Source: a virus (taxonomy: Duplodnaviria > Caudoviricetes). From it: a stretch of 64,000 nt of DNA. Below the pieces are notes generated by a model. That model had not been told where the DNA came from. It searched no databases and saw only the letters and a list, made by a program, of their open reading frames with translations. The DNA lies in the IMG/VR virus record IMGVR_UViG_3300028833_000068, positions 32,001 through 96,000 of that record. One strand, 5' to 3'. Position 1 is the stretch's first letter. Every line of letters begins with the position of its first letter. The position numbers and the translations under genes were made by a program. This document shows positions 50,741-59,461 of this stretch, in pieces.

Positions 50741-50907
50741 TTCTGATTATATTCCCCAATTTTACATTTCACAAAACTATCTGTGTCATGACCATCGACC
50801 TTACAACGACCATCATATCCAGTTCCGATGTGAAAGTTGACTATTCCCATGTTCTCAAAATGCGTACAAGTTTTGCATTCTCCATAATGTTCACAAACTT
50901 TACTCAT
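50737..50907 (-). CDS. small Cys-rich protein (start corrected to MSKVC)
   Basis: CKTC...GRC...C; ATGA coupling. Confidence 0.55.
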   Translation of the reverse strand: MSKVCEHYGECKTCTHFENMGIVNFHIGTGYDGRCKVDGHDTDSFVKCKIGEYNQK

Positions 50908-51329
50908 AAACCTAAATAATCTAATATTGGATAACAATTCTTTCTTATTTCCTCTCTTTCATCCTTTGTATACTTAGAATGGTCACTTACAAGATAATCA
51001 ACTTCTTCCCTACCATTGCGTTCTGCCACGCATTTTGTAAGATGGCTACATTCCCAATCAATTACAGCTCCAAGCCAATCTACCTTATTGTATCCATGAC
51101 TTCTACCATACATTACATGATGACTGTTATGGTGTTTATGCCACATTCTAACACGCTGGTAATCTCCCCAAATGAGTTTAAGCCAAGGTTTTTCAATGTC
51201 ATGCAATAACCATTTTGGCTTCCATACACCTAGTTTCCAAGCCGTATAATTAAAAGCAAACCAGTGCCATACCCAATACGGAAATGAACTTTTTTCTTTT
51301 ACTGTAAATTTTCTGAAATTTATGGCCAT
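50904..51329 (-). CDS. HD-like phosphohydrolase (DUF5662-like)
   Basis: LHDIEK, HKHHNSHH, IDW. Confidence 0.6.
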   Translation of the reverse strand: MAINFRKFTVKEKSSFPYWVWHWFAFNYTAWKLGVWKPKWLLHDIEKPWLKLIWGDYQRVRMWHKHHNSHHVMYGRSHGYNKVDWLGAVIDWECSHLTKCVAERNGREEVDYLVSDHSKYTKDEREEIRKNCYPILDYLGL

Positions 51330-51354
51330 AAATGATGTTTATATAAAAATAATC

Positions 51355-51612
51355 TTAATTTATTTGGTTTCTCAAAAAATAATCAAAATTGTCTTTTTGT
51401 AGCGTTATACCAACATATGTATCATATACCTTTATGTTCCCATTTTCAGTTTCTTCACATCTGTAAAAACCTTTGTGTACGGTTTTAAGAAAAATAACCC
51501 CGCCTTCAATGCAGTTATACTGAAAACGCCTATGACAATAATATAATGGTAATTGTTCATATTTTTCTAAATATCGTTGATATAATCCAGTGAGTCCTAA
51601 TTCAATTTTCAT
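51355..51612 (-). CDS. hypothetical protein (start corrected to MKIELG)
   Basis: ATGA coupling to the upstream stop. Confidence 0.6.
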   Translation of the reverse strand: MKIELGLTGLYQRYLEKYEQLPLYYCHRRFQYNCIEGGVIFLKTVHKGFYRCEETENGNIKVYDTYVGITLQKDNFDYFLRNQIN

Positions 51613-52145
51613 GTGACTTTCAAGTAATTTCTGTAGATGTAATTTTTGTCGAAACAAGCATATTTCAAGATTTCATTTTTAATTACCAATATATCATTTG
51701 TATTGAATAATGGTATTCCATAACTTTGACACACTATTCTTACATTTTCATACCTATAGAAATTTTCATTGCAAAAGACAATCATTTTCTTATCCTTCGC
51801 AAATAAGCCCAATTCCAACAATGATATTGGTGACTTTGAATTTGGCAATATATTCATAGCAATAAGGTCAGCACGTTCAAGATGATATAATTCCCAATCA
51901 ATTTGTTTCTTTAATTCATCTTTGTCAGCATCCTTATTCCATTCAGCACGCCTTGGGTTATAAATCATGATTGGATGAACTATATCCTTTTCATCCAACT
52001 CACGAATTAACTCACTCTGCCAATCCAAACTTTCTCCATCGTCTATAGTTCCTCCAAGAAACACATTTAATGGATACACCCCATCTATGGTGTACCTACT
52101 GTTATCATAGTCATGGGGCGGTGTAAATACTTTATTCTTTCTCAT
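51609..52145 (-). CDS. nucleoside 2-deoxyribosyltransferase-like protein
   Basis: VFLGGTI, DWQ, NPRR, QIDWE, SPISLLELG. Confidence 0.88.
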   Translation of the reverse strand: MRKNKVFTPPHDYDNSRYTIDGVYPLNVFLGGTIDDGESLDWQSELIRELDEKDIVHPIMIYNPRRAEWNKDADKDELKKQIDWELYHLERADLIAMNILPNSKSPISLLELGLFAKDKKMIVFCNENFYRYENVRIVCQSYGIPLFNTNDILVIKNEILKYACFDKNYIYRNYLKVT

Positions 52146-52151
52146 ACATTG

Positions 52152-52183
52152 CAAATATATAGAAAAATATTGAGAAAAACAAA
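52152..52183 (-). promoter_or_regulatory. Bacteroidota-type promoter
   Basis: TTTG-N20-TATATTTG. Confidence 0.65.
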
Positions 52184-52186
52184 TGT

Positions 52187-52855
52187 TTAAGACTTCTTAA
52201 CAAGTACTGAATCTGCCAATCCGTAATCTACAGACTCTTGTCCTAACAGCCAATAGTTTCTATCACAATCGTGTTCTATTTGTTCAAAAGGTTTATTGGT
52301 ATTCTTTGCAAGTATCTCATATAAATCCTTCTTGCATCGTCTTGTTTGTTCAAGTTCAATCTCCATATCCTTCAAAACTCCTTGCATCCCACTGCTCACT
52401 TGATGTATCATCACTCTGCTATGTGGTAAAACGAACCTCTTACCTTTTGTTCCACAAGAAAGTAATACTGCACCCATTGATGCTGCCATACCCAAACAAG
52501 TAGTTGATACATCAGACTCAATAAAATTCATCGTATCAATTAATGAAAGACCAGCCAAAACATCTCCTCCAGGAGAATTGATGTATAAACTAATATCTCT
52601 ATTATCAACTGAATTTAGATACAACATCTGTGCAACCATTGTATCCATTGAGATACTATCAACTTGTCCACTCAAAAATAGTATTCTGTCTTGAATCAAG
52701 CGCGAGAAGACGTTCATCTCACTGACTCGCATAGCAGAATCTCGCTCTTCAATGATGGTTGGGTATACCATGTCCTTAATCTTATCATCAATAACTGATG
52801 GTGAAATGTTTGCCTTATCAATTGCAAACTTCCTAAAATCTTCTATTATTTCCAT
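52187..52855 (-). CDS. clpP: Clp protease proteolytic subunit (catalytic Asp position is Asn)
   Basis: SRLIQDRILFL, YINSPGG, GMAASMG, RVMIHQ, CDRNYW. Confidence 0.96.
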   Translation of the reverse strand: MEIIEDFRKFAIDKANISPSVIDDKIKDMVYPTIIEERDSAMRVSEMNVFSRLIQDRILFLSGQVDSISMDTMVAQMLYLNSVDNRDISLYINSPGGDVLAGLSLIDTMNFIESDVSTTCLGMAASMGAVLLSCGTKGKRFVLPHSRVMIHQVSSGMQGVLKDMEIELEQTRRCKKDLYEILAKNTNKPFEQIEHDCDRNYWLLGQESVDYGLADSVLVKKS

Positions 52856-52860
52856 ATCTT

Positions 52861-53109
52861 TTAAAAAATATTTAAGTCTTCTATTGTTAAGTGTTCATTA
52901 TAAACAAAGTTATATCTACACAATATACTTTGTATTGCAGCTCTAGTAATCTCTGTATTTGGTTCTCCAATAAACTGATTTAACTGCTCTTTTAGTGATT
53001 CTCGTGACCATTCTAATGGTGTTATACCAATTCGTTCATTAGGGTCTATTGGCGTAATGCGAATACCATTACGTTTATTTACCTTGTTTGAAAATTCAAG
53101 CCTTGCCAT
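52861..53109 (-). CDS. hypothetical protein
   Basis: ORF track; contains FIGEPNTEITR. Confidence 0.6.
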   Translation of the reverse strand: MARLEFSNKVNKRNGIRITPIDPNERIGITPLEWSRESLKEQLNQFIGEPNTEITRAAIQSILCRYNFVYNEHLTIEDLNIF

Positions 53110-53164
53110 ATAGTATCATTAAAATGAATAAAAATGATTAATTTTGATTAAGTTTTTTTTATTT

Positions 53165-53194
53165 AGGGGACTAATAGTTAGTTAGTCCCCTTTT
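53165..53194. terminator. intrinsic terminator
   Basis: AGGGGACTAA...TTAGTCCCCT. Confidence 0.7.
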
Positions 53195-53201
53195 AATAGG
53201 C

Positions 53202-53891
53202 TTACTCATTTGTCAATTTCTTTCCAATTTCCTTTTCAAAGTCAAGTGTATTCTTGGTTGCTGCTGCATCCAAATTAAGCGCAAATGTCTCATTAAGTGA
53301 ATCCATTGTAGCTCCAGCGGATGCTAACTTTCTGTATGATGTTGTTACACAATTAATCATGTCATAGTTTCCACCAAGTTTGCTTCTTGAACTGTAGCTC
53401 CTATACTTGAATCCCAAATCATCAGCGGCCTTTGTAGTTGTGATATCACAGCCTATGTATAGGAACTCCCAAGAATATGTCTCAGTTTGAAGTTTAATTT
53501 TATCTTGTACTTGCTTCAATGTATATTCTCTTGATGCGTTTTCCTTACCATCTGTGAACACAGCAACTAGAACCTTTCCTGGTCTGTCTTCCTCTCGCAT
53601 TGCTGCAAGCCATTTTCCTGTATTATCGATGGCTACTCCCAATCCATCGTTCATGGCTGTCATTCCATCTGGGTTATACTTAAATTCCTCAATATCGTTT
53701 ACGTCCTTTCCAACAAACACCTCATCTACTCTATCACTGAATGTATAAAGTGAAACTGTGCATTTACCTTCCTTATTTGCTTTTTGTTCATCGATGATTT
53801 TTTTAACACCGCCTACTACATCTTCTTTAGATGTATACATACTACCACTCTTATCTATCACCATTGTGATATGAATATAATCATTTCTCAT
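53202..53891 (-). CDS. von Willebrand factor A (vWA) domain protein
   Basis: IDKSGSM MIDAS motif, G.TAMNDG, FTDGKENASRE. Confidence 0.9.
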   Translation of the reverse strand: MRNDYIHITMVIDKSGSMYTSKEDVVGGVKKIIDEQKANKEGKCTVSLYTFSDRVDEVFVGKDVNDIEEFKYNPDGMTAMNDGLGVAIDNTGKWLAAMREEDRPGKVLVAVFTDGKENASREYTLKQVQDKIKLQTETYSWEFLYIGCDITTTKAADDLGFKYRSYSSRSKLGGNYDMINCVTTSYRKLASAGATMDSLNETFALNLDAAATKNTLDFEKEIGKKLTNE

Positions 53892-53895
53892 TGCT

Positions 53896-54123
53896 TTAAT
53901 TTAATTTATTTAAATCGTTATTATCTTGTTCAAATAGAATTTGTATTTTTCCACTAGAGTCTACCGCTACGTTTGCATTATCGATTGCCTCAAAGGTTTT
54001 CTTTCTAAGTTCTTCATCTTCTTTAAGTTTAGGGTATTCTTTCAATACCATCAACTTAGCCTTTTCCCTAAGTTTTTTATTCTTAAGCCTTTGGATTCTT
54101 GCTTCTGATATTCTTTTGCTCAT
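53896..54123 (-). CDS. hypothetical protein
   Basis: ORF track. Confidence 0.65.
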   Translation of the reverse strand: MSKRISEARIQRLKNKKLREKAKLMVLKEYPKLKEDEELRKKTFEAIDNANVAVDSSGKIQILFEQDNNDLNKLN

Positions 54124-54126
54124 ACG

Positions 54127-54597
54127 TTACTTGTTTCTTTTCTTTGCAGCCTTTTCCTCTGCTTTCCTTAGTTTTTCCTCTTCCTTGCGTCTCTTTTCCT
54201 CGTCTTCAATCTGTTCAATTACGGCATATGAGGCTTCCATCATATCAACGTAGTTTTCATACTTTCTACGCATTCTGAACATTTCCTTTGCAATATCACC
54301 TTCAACATTTAACTTATCCTTTTCACTATCATAGGAAATATTAGAAATAGCACCTTCCATAAGTCTATCTTGCATTTCCTTGCTTAGTCTATCAAATGCT
54401 TCCTCATAGATAATTAAGAATGCATCTTTCTGTGTAAGATATTGTACGGTAGCTCCTGCTTTTGCAACTTTAAGTACATTTTTAGCCTTTGTTACTGACA
54501 TTACCTTGAGGTTAATACCCATTTGAGGTAAATTTGTTTGTTCGAACTTATCTTGTGCAAGTTCTGCAATGTCTGCTGACGTTTCAAAAAATTTCAT
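54127..54597 (-). CDS. phage metallopeptidase-like protein lacking HExxH
   Basis: DAFLIIYEEAFDRL.......LMEGAISNI pattern; charged C-terminal tail. Confidence 0.5.
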   Translation of the reverse strand: MKFFETSADIAELAQDKFEQTNLPQMGINLKVMSVTKAKNVLKVAKAGATVQYLTQKDAFLIIYEEAFDRLSKEMQDRLMEGAISNISYDSEKDKLNVEGDIAKEMFRMRRKYENYVDMMEASYAVIEQIEDEEKRRKEEEKLRKAEEKAAKKRNK

Positions 54598-54605
54598 AAC
54601 TTTCT

Positions 54606-54812
54606 TTATTTTATAGGTTTTATTTTTTCAATATTTAGGTTTACAATATTTGCATTAATATACTCTTGTCCTTGTTTTTCGTGGGTATATTTACCATCTC
54701 TAATAACTATAATAGTGCATAGTCCACCTTTTTGAATGGAATATAAGTACCATTGACGATTTGGTTTCCAGTCATCGATGTATTCAACTATATCTCCTAC
54801 TTTAAGTTCCAT
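54606..54812 (-). CDS. small SH3-like hypothetical protein
   Basis: LKVGDIV N-terminus. Confidence 0.6.
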   Translation of the reverse strand: MELKVGDIVEYIDDWKPNRQWYLYSIQKGGLCTIIVIRDGKYTHEKQGQEYINANIVNLNIEKIKPIK

Positions 54813-54967
54813 ATTCCACTAATTTTGTTTCATAAATGGCATAACCATTTTTAAATTGTTCACCTTGTTTTCTTGCTGATTCAAGACTTGTAGTTCTCAT
54901 TATTGGTATTTCCAAATCATTTTCAAATCTGCATAGGATGTATTTTTCCATATTATTCCTTTTTATG

Positions 54968-55006
54968 CAAAGATATATAAAAAAATGTTAAAAAACAAGT
55001 ATTTAT
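54968..55006. promoter_or_regulatory. back-to-back Bacteroidota-type (minus) and TATTTAT (plus) promoters
   Basis: CAAAGATA 54968-54975; TATTTAT 55000-55006. Confidence 0.55.
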
Positions 55007-55039
55007 TGAATTATTTTCAAAAAACATTAAATTTTATGT

Positions 55040-55753
55040 ATGGCAAGGATAAAAAGGGCAAAAAAAAGGAATAAGGTTAAGATATATTCTATCATTCACA
55101 CCAATCATGGAAAGATGAAAGAAACGATTTGCAGTGCAAAGACTGAAAAGGAAATATATAAGAAATTCAATGATATATTAAAGGAGAACAAGAAGGTTAT
55201 ATTTCCAATGAGATATAACAATCTTGAACATATTATGAAGCCATCTGAGCATGAAATCGTTATTATAAAGTGTAGGGATGAATTTGAAGGTAAGGTAAAT
55301 AAGGTTAGGACTGATACTGGTGAATTTGTCAATTATCAAACTGATGAGGATAACTGGATGGTAATTGACCGTGCGCCATATGAAATTGAAGAAACCTTTT
55401 GGGTATATGGTTATCATCCACGACTTCAAAGAAAAACATTTGAATGGATATTTGAGAATTTTATATTAAATGATTCAAAGAACAAGTATATGTTCAAAAC
55501 CATACAAGTATATCATAACAAGGTATTAATTGATTGTAATGGTAAACTTGAAATGATTATGTGCAAGAATAAGAGTGATTCTGTAAGATTCTACAACTTG
55601 CTTGAAACATACGCTAGCAAGGCTAAGTGTAAATATGTGCTATTTATGGGGGATTTATTGCACAGCAAATATAAAGGTGAATGGATACAGAGAATAATGG
55701 ATATGACTGGTTGGAATAAAAAGAAAATCACACGAAAATCTACTAGAGATTGA
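55040..55753 (+). CDS. basic hypothetical protein
   Basis: 237-aa ORF. Confidence 0.75.
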   Translation: MARIKRAKKRNKVKIYSIIHTNHGKMKETICSAKTEKEIYKKFNDILKENKKVIFPMRYNNLEHIMKPSEHEIVIIKCRDEFEGKVNKVRTDTGEFVNYQTDEDNWMVIDRAPYEIEETFWVYGYHPRLQRKTFEWIFENFILNDSKNKYMFKTIQVYHNKVLIDCNGKLEMIMCKNKSDSVRFYNLLETYASKAKCKYVLFMGDLLHSKYKGEWIQRIMDMTGWNKKKITRKSTRD

Positions 55754-55836
55754 ATGAAGAATTATAAAAAAATAAATTGCACTTAAATAAGTGATTTTTT
55801 GGTTATAGACACTTTTTATAATAAAAGGAAAGAATT

Positions 55837-55986
55837 ATGAATAGAAAGAGATTAACTACAGAACAGTTCGTAGAACGAGCAAAAAAGATTCATGTGGATA
55901 AATATGATTACATTAAAACCATTACAACTTCACTATGTCCATCACAATATTTTGTTCGAAGTTTCTTGAAGCCAAATGTTTTATAA
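55837..55986 (+). pseudogene. truncated remnant of a DUF723-repeat homing endonuclease
   Basis: MNRKRLTTEQFVERAKKIHVDKYDY, then the antisense of the GNAT gene. Confidence 0.75.
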
Positions 55987-56360
55987 AATTCTACTAGTCT
56001 TTTTGTCTTTAAACCATCTTTAGGGGCTTTATAAATAGTCCAAAATGGAGAAGGATGGTGATATGGGCAAGCATTTAAGTGTATTAAATCGTATTTACCT
56101 TTAAAACGTCTGATGACATCATTTAATAGATACCGCCCATAACCTTTGTTTCTATTTCCATCTGTTGTGCTAAATGTGTTTAGATATATTACTTTTTTAT
56201 CTTTATATTCATTGATGTATTTTGTTTTATCTTCAATTGTTTCTACATCTGCATCTATAGAACACAAAACTTTTTCATCATCTGAAATTAGCTTGTATCT
56301 ATAATACTCTATTTCTCTAAAATTTGCAAATCCTTTACGTTTTTCTTTAATAACTTCCAT
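55908..56360 (-). CDS. GNAT-family acetyltransferase (start corrected to MEVIKE)
   Basis: RNKGYGRYLL motif A; LVEFYKTFGF. Confidence 0.82.
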   Translation of the reverse strand: MEVIKEKRKGFANFREIEYYRYKLISDDEKVLCSIDADVETIEDKTKYINEYKDKKVIYLNTFSTTDGNRNKGYGRYLLNDVIRRFKGKYDLIHLNACPYHHPSPFWTIYKAPKDGLKTKRLVEFYKTFGFKKLRTKYCDGHSEVVMVLM

Positions 56361-56433
56361 ATTGAATTGATTTTTTTTGCAAATATACAAAAAAAAGTTG
56401 AACTGATAAAATATCAATTCAACTTTTAACATT

Positions 56434-56988
56434 CTATAACTTAAATGGTGTATCAAAATCCTTTAACATTGGATGGTTCTTGTCCTTTTCTGACAAGATT
56501 GCCTCATTCAATGGTATTTGCCAATCAATCCCCAATGATTCATCCAATATATTGATTCCACCATCCACTTCTGGATGATAAAACTCATCACACTTGTATT
56601 GGAACACAGCCTCATCTGACAACACTGCAAAACCGTGTGCAAATCCCTTTGGAATGAAGAATTGTCTATGATTATCTTCTGTAAGAAGTACTGATACGTG
56701 TTCTCCATATGTTGGACTACCTTTTCTTAAGTCAACTGCAACATCTAATACCTTTCCCTTCACGCATCTTACAAGTTTTGATTGTGAATATGGTGGTTTT
56801 TGGAAATGTAAGCCTCTCATGACACCGTATGATGATTTGCTTTCATTGTCTTGAACAAAATTGATTTTTCCAACCTTTTCTTCAAAGTCTCTTTGTGAGA
56901 ATGATTCAAGGAAATATCCTCTTTCATCTTTAAAAATCTTTGGTTCTATAATCACAACGCCATCAATATTAGTCTTTACTACGTTCAT
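56434..56988 (-). CDS. rmlC: dTDP-4-dehydrorhamnose 3,5-epimerase
   Basis: DERGYFLE, QDNESKS, RGLHFQ, DVAVDLRKGSPT, IPKGFAHGF, LSEKD. Confidence 0.96.
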   Translation of the reverse strand: MNVVKTNIDGVVIIEPKIFKDERGYFLESFSQRDFEEKVGKINFVQDNESKSSYGVMRGLHFQKPPYSQSKLVRCVKGKVLDVAVDLRKGSPTYGEHVSVLLTEDNHRQFFIPKGFAHGFAVLSDEAVFQYKCDEFYHPEVDGGINILDESLGIDWQIPLNEAILSEKDKNHPMLKDFDTPFKL

Positions 56989-57241
56989 AATCTGTGTTTT
57001 TAACAATTATCATAACTCCACCAAAGTTGATGTTTATTTCTCCTTCTGATGGTATAAATTTATCTTCAGCATTTATTCTATTCCTATAGAACAAATCTTC
57101 GTCAACTCTTTTAAATTCCTCATCATTAAGATAGATGTACAGTTTGGATTGTTGAGCAACCCCATCCTCCTTAAGTCTTGAGGAAACCATTTGACCAAGT
57201 TCAAAAATGCTCATTGTTCCAAACTTAAAATTTTCTTCCAT
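56969..57241 (-). CDS. hypothetical protein
   Basis: ORF track. Confidence 0.7.
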   Translation of the reverse strand: MEENFKFGTMSIFELGQMVSSRLKEDGVAQQSKLYIYLNDEEFKRVDEDLFYRNRINAEDKFIPSEGEININFGGVMIIVKNTDYERSKD

Positions 57242-57245
57242 AACC

Positions 57246-57464
57246 TTAATTAAATAAATTCAAAAAACAATCTATCTTATGTTTAAATTTTTGCCAAAAT
57301 GTTAGTTCAACTTTCTTTTTTCCAGTTAACACATCATGCATATCCTTTCCCATTGAACCATTTAACTGTTCTGCAATATTCCATTGCAGTCCTTTAAGAG
57401 CCAATGCGTCCATTCTCTTCTCACTTTCGTAAGTAGTCACTTCTCTGTTATATTCACTATCCAT
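57246..57464 (-). CDS. hypothetical protein
   Basis: ORF track. Confidence 0.7.
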   Translation of the reverse strand: MDSEYNREVTTYESEKRMDALALKGLQWNIAEQLNGSMGKDMHDVLTGKKKVELTFWQKFKHKIDCFLNLFN

Positions 57465-57819
57465 TGTTATTACTCCTTTCTAACGCTTCTTGTAGTGTAT
57501 TTATTAGCCAATTACTACTACTAACAAACGCTCCATCTAAAAATATTGTTACATACCAATATTCTAATGGCAAACCAATCATAATCATTGGTGTTAATAT
57601 TACACTTGGTAATATCCATAAATTAAGCGCTGACATTCCAAATCCTAACCACCACCCAGAACATATAAAACAAGAGAGCATTTCATCCAATTGTGGATGA
57701 ATCTTTTTAGCTATTTCGTGCATTTTAACAAAACAATGAAATGGACCATTTGCATAAATTATAGTATTTGCAATACCATAACAAACAATCATATAAATAA
57801 CTAATATTAACCAGTACAT
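57457..57819 (-). CDS. DUF1360-like membrane protein with CxxC
   Basis: TM helices; GPF...LSCFICSGWWLG. Confidence 0.7.
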   Translation of the reverse strand: MYWLILVIYMIVCYGIANTIIYANGPFHCFVKMHEIAKKIHPQLDEMLSCFICSGWWLGFGMSALNLWILPSVILTPMIMIGLPLEYWYVTIFLDGAFVSSSNWLINTLQEALERSNNNG

Positions 57820-58706
57820 ATTTCAATTAATTCATTTATCTTATTTTCTAACTTGTCATTATAATTTATATAAAACAAATTCACATTATTCTCAGTACAT
57901 AATTTCAATTTATTTCTATCTAAATTTTTTCTATGCTCAAACATTTTTTCTCCACCAAAAAATTCTATTGGCTCAAAATGCTGTATACCTTGACATTCTA
58001 TTGCTATATCATATTTTGGTAAATAAAAATCTAAGCTTTGTTTACCTAGCCATGATAAATTTTCCTTCTTACAATGCCATATGTATTTTAAATTATTCTT
58101 TTCCAATTCTCTAGCAACTTTTTCTTCCAAAATACTGTTTTGACAATGTGGACATCCAACACCTCTCATATGATGCATAGGATAAGTATAAAATTCTCCA
58201 TGTTTAGAACAAATAACGCATACCTTTGTTTTCTGATTTACATATACTGTTTTACTATAATCATATTTCTCACCATACAATTCTTTGCAAATTGAAATAA
58301 ATTCATCTGTCGTATAATTATGTGTCAAAGAACATTTTTTGCATCCATAACCTTTTAAATGATGTTGTGGAGTTTGCCAGAACTCACCATGAATAGGACA
58401 AATTATGCATACTTTAGTTTGATTATCCACATAATTTACATTAGAATAATCATATCTATTACCGTGAATTTCCTTTGCTTTATTTATAAATTCTTCTAGT
58501 GTATACTTAGTGCTCCTATGTGAACAATGCGGACAATTCTGACCATGCAAATGGTCTAAAGGACGTTGAAAAAAGCTTCCATGAATTTTACAAACAATTT
58601 CAACTGGTTTTTGAGTTGATTCATATATGACTTTCGAATAATCATATTTATCTCCATGTACATTTTTAGCTTGTTCAACAAACTCCTCAGTTGTCTTTCT
58701 TTTCAT
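57807..58706 (-). mobile_element. free-standing homing endonuclease (DUF723-like repeats plus Vsr/PD-(D/E)XK-like domain)
   Basis: 3x T.EEF...AK..HG.KYDYS...C..HG.F; LDFYLP...IECQGIQHF. Confidence 0.85.
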
Positions 58707-59181
58707 TATCTTTTATTAACTCTTTTATATCTTCATTATTTTCGATTTGAGGCGCTTCTTGAGCTTTCTCAGCCTCTTTCACTTTCTTCGTGGTCTTCTT
58801 CCTACCCTTGGGCGTTTTAACGCTCTCAGTGACAAATTTAATGGTCTTAAGCTCATCATATGGAAGCTGTGAGAACAATTCCTTAAGCTCCTCAACTTTT
58901 GTCTTAAGTAGTTGAAGTTTAAGCACAATTTCATTGTTTGCCCTAATCGTTTCTTCAATTAAGTCAAACATATCCTCATAGGTTGTATCCTTGGAATCAG
59001 CATAATAATACGTCAAACTCTTGTCATTATCTCCAGCGGTGACTTTTATTCTCCCATCAGCACTTGGGTATGCTTTCCACCTATTGGGGTATATAACCTT
59101 TACCATTAAAGCCTCATTATACATTTCAATACCTCTAAAATAAGGCTTCATATCATTCATCCTCTCTTGTAACGTTCTCAT
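58687..59181 (-). CDS. coiled-coil hypothetical protein (start MRTLQ)
   Basis: KLQLLKTKVEELKELF. Confidence 0.7.
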   Translation of the reverse strand: MRTLQERMNDMKPYFRGIEMYNEALMVKVIYPNRWKAYPSADGRIKVTAGDNDKSLTYYYADSKDTTYEDMFDLIEETIRANNEIVLKLQLLKTKVEELKELFSQLPYDELKTIKFVTESVKTPKGRKKTTKKVKEAEKAQEAPQIENNEDIKELIKDNEKKDN

Positions 59182-59182
59182 T

Positions 59183-59374
59183 TTAGAAACCACATATTAA
59201 CATTGTTAGGATATAAGCAAACGCAACACCAAATACTATTAATTCATTCTGTGTTGCAAGTTTTCCACTCTTCAATCTAAATACACTAACCACATGGAAT
59301 ATATCAACAATCAGTGTAAGTATTGCCATTATAAATAAAAATACCTTAATTTGTAATAATAAAGTTGCTATCAT
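59183..59374 (-). CDS. small two-helix membrane protein
   Basis: Two hydrophobic helices. Confidence 0.7.
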   Translation of the reverse strand: MIATLLLQIKVFLFIMAILTLIVDIFHVVSVFRLKSGKLATQNELIVFGVAFAYILTMLICGF

Positions 59375-59461
59375 AATATTTTTTTTTTAATTTAAATATA
59401 TTATTGCCTTATAAAATATAAAAAAATTGCTCAACAATTAAAGTATTGTTAAGCAATTAAT

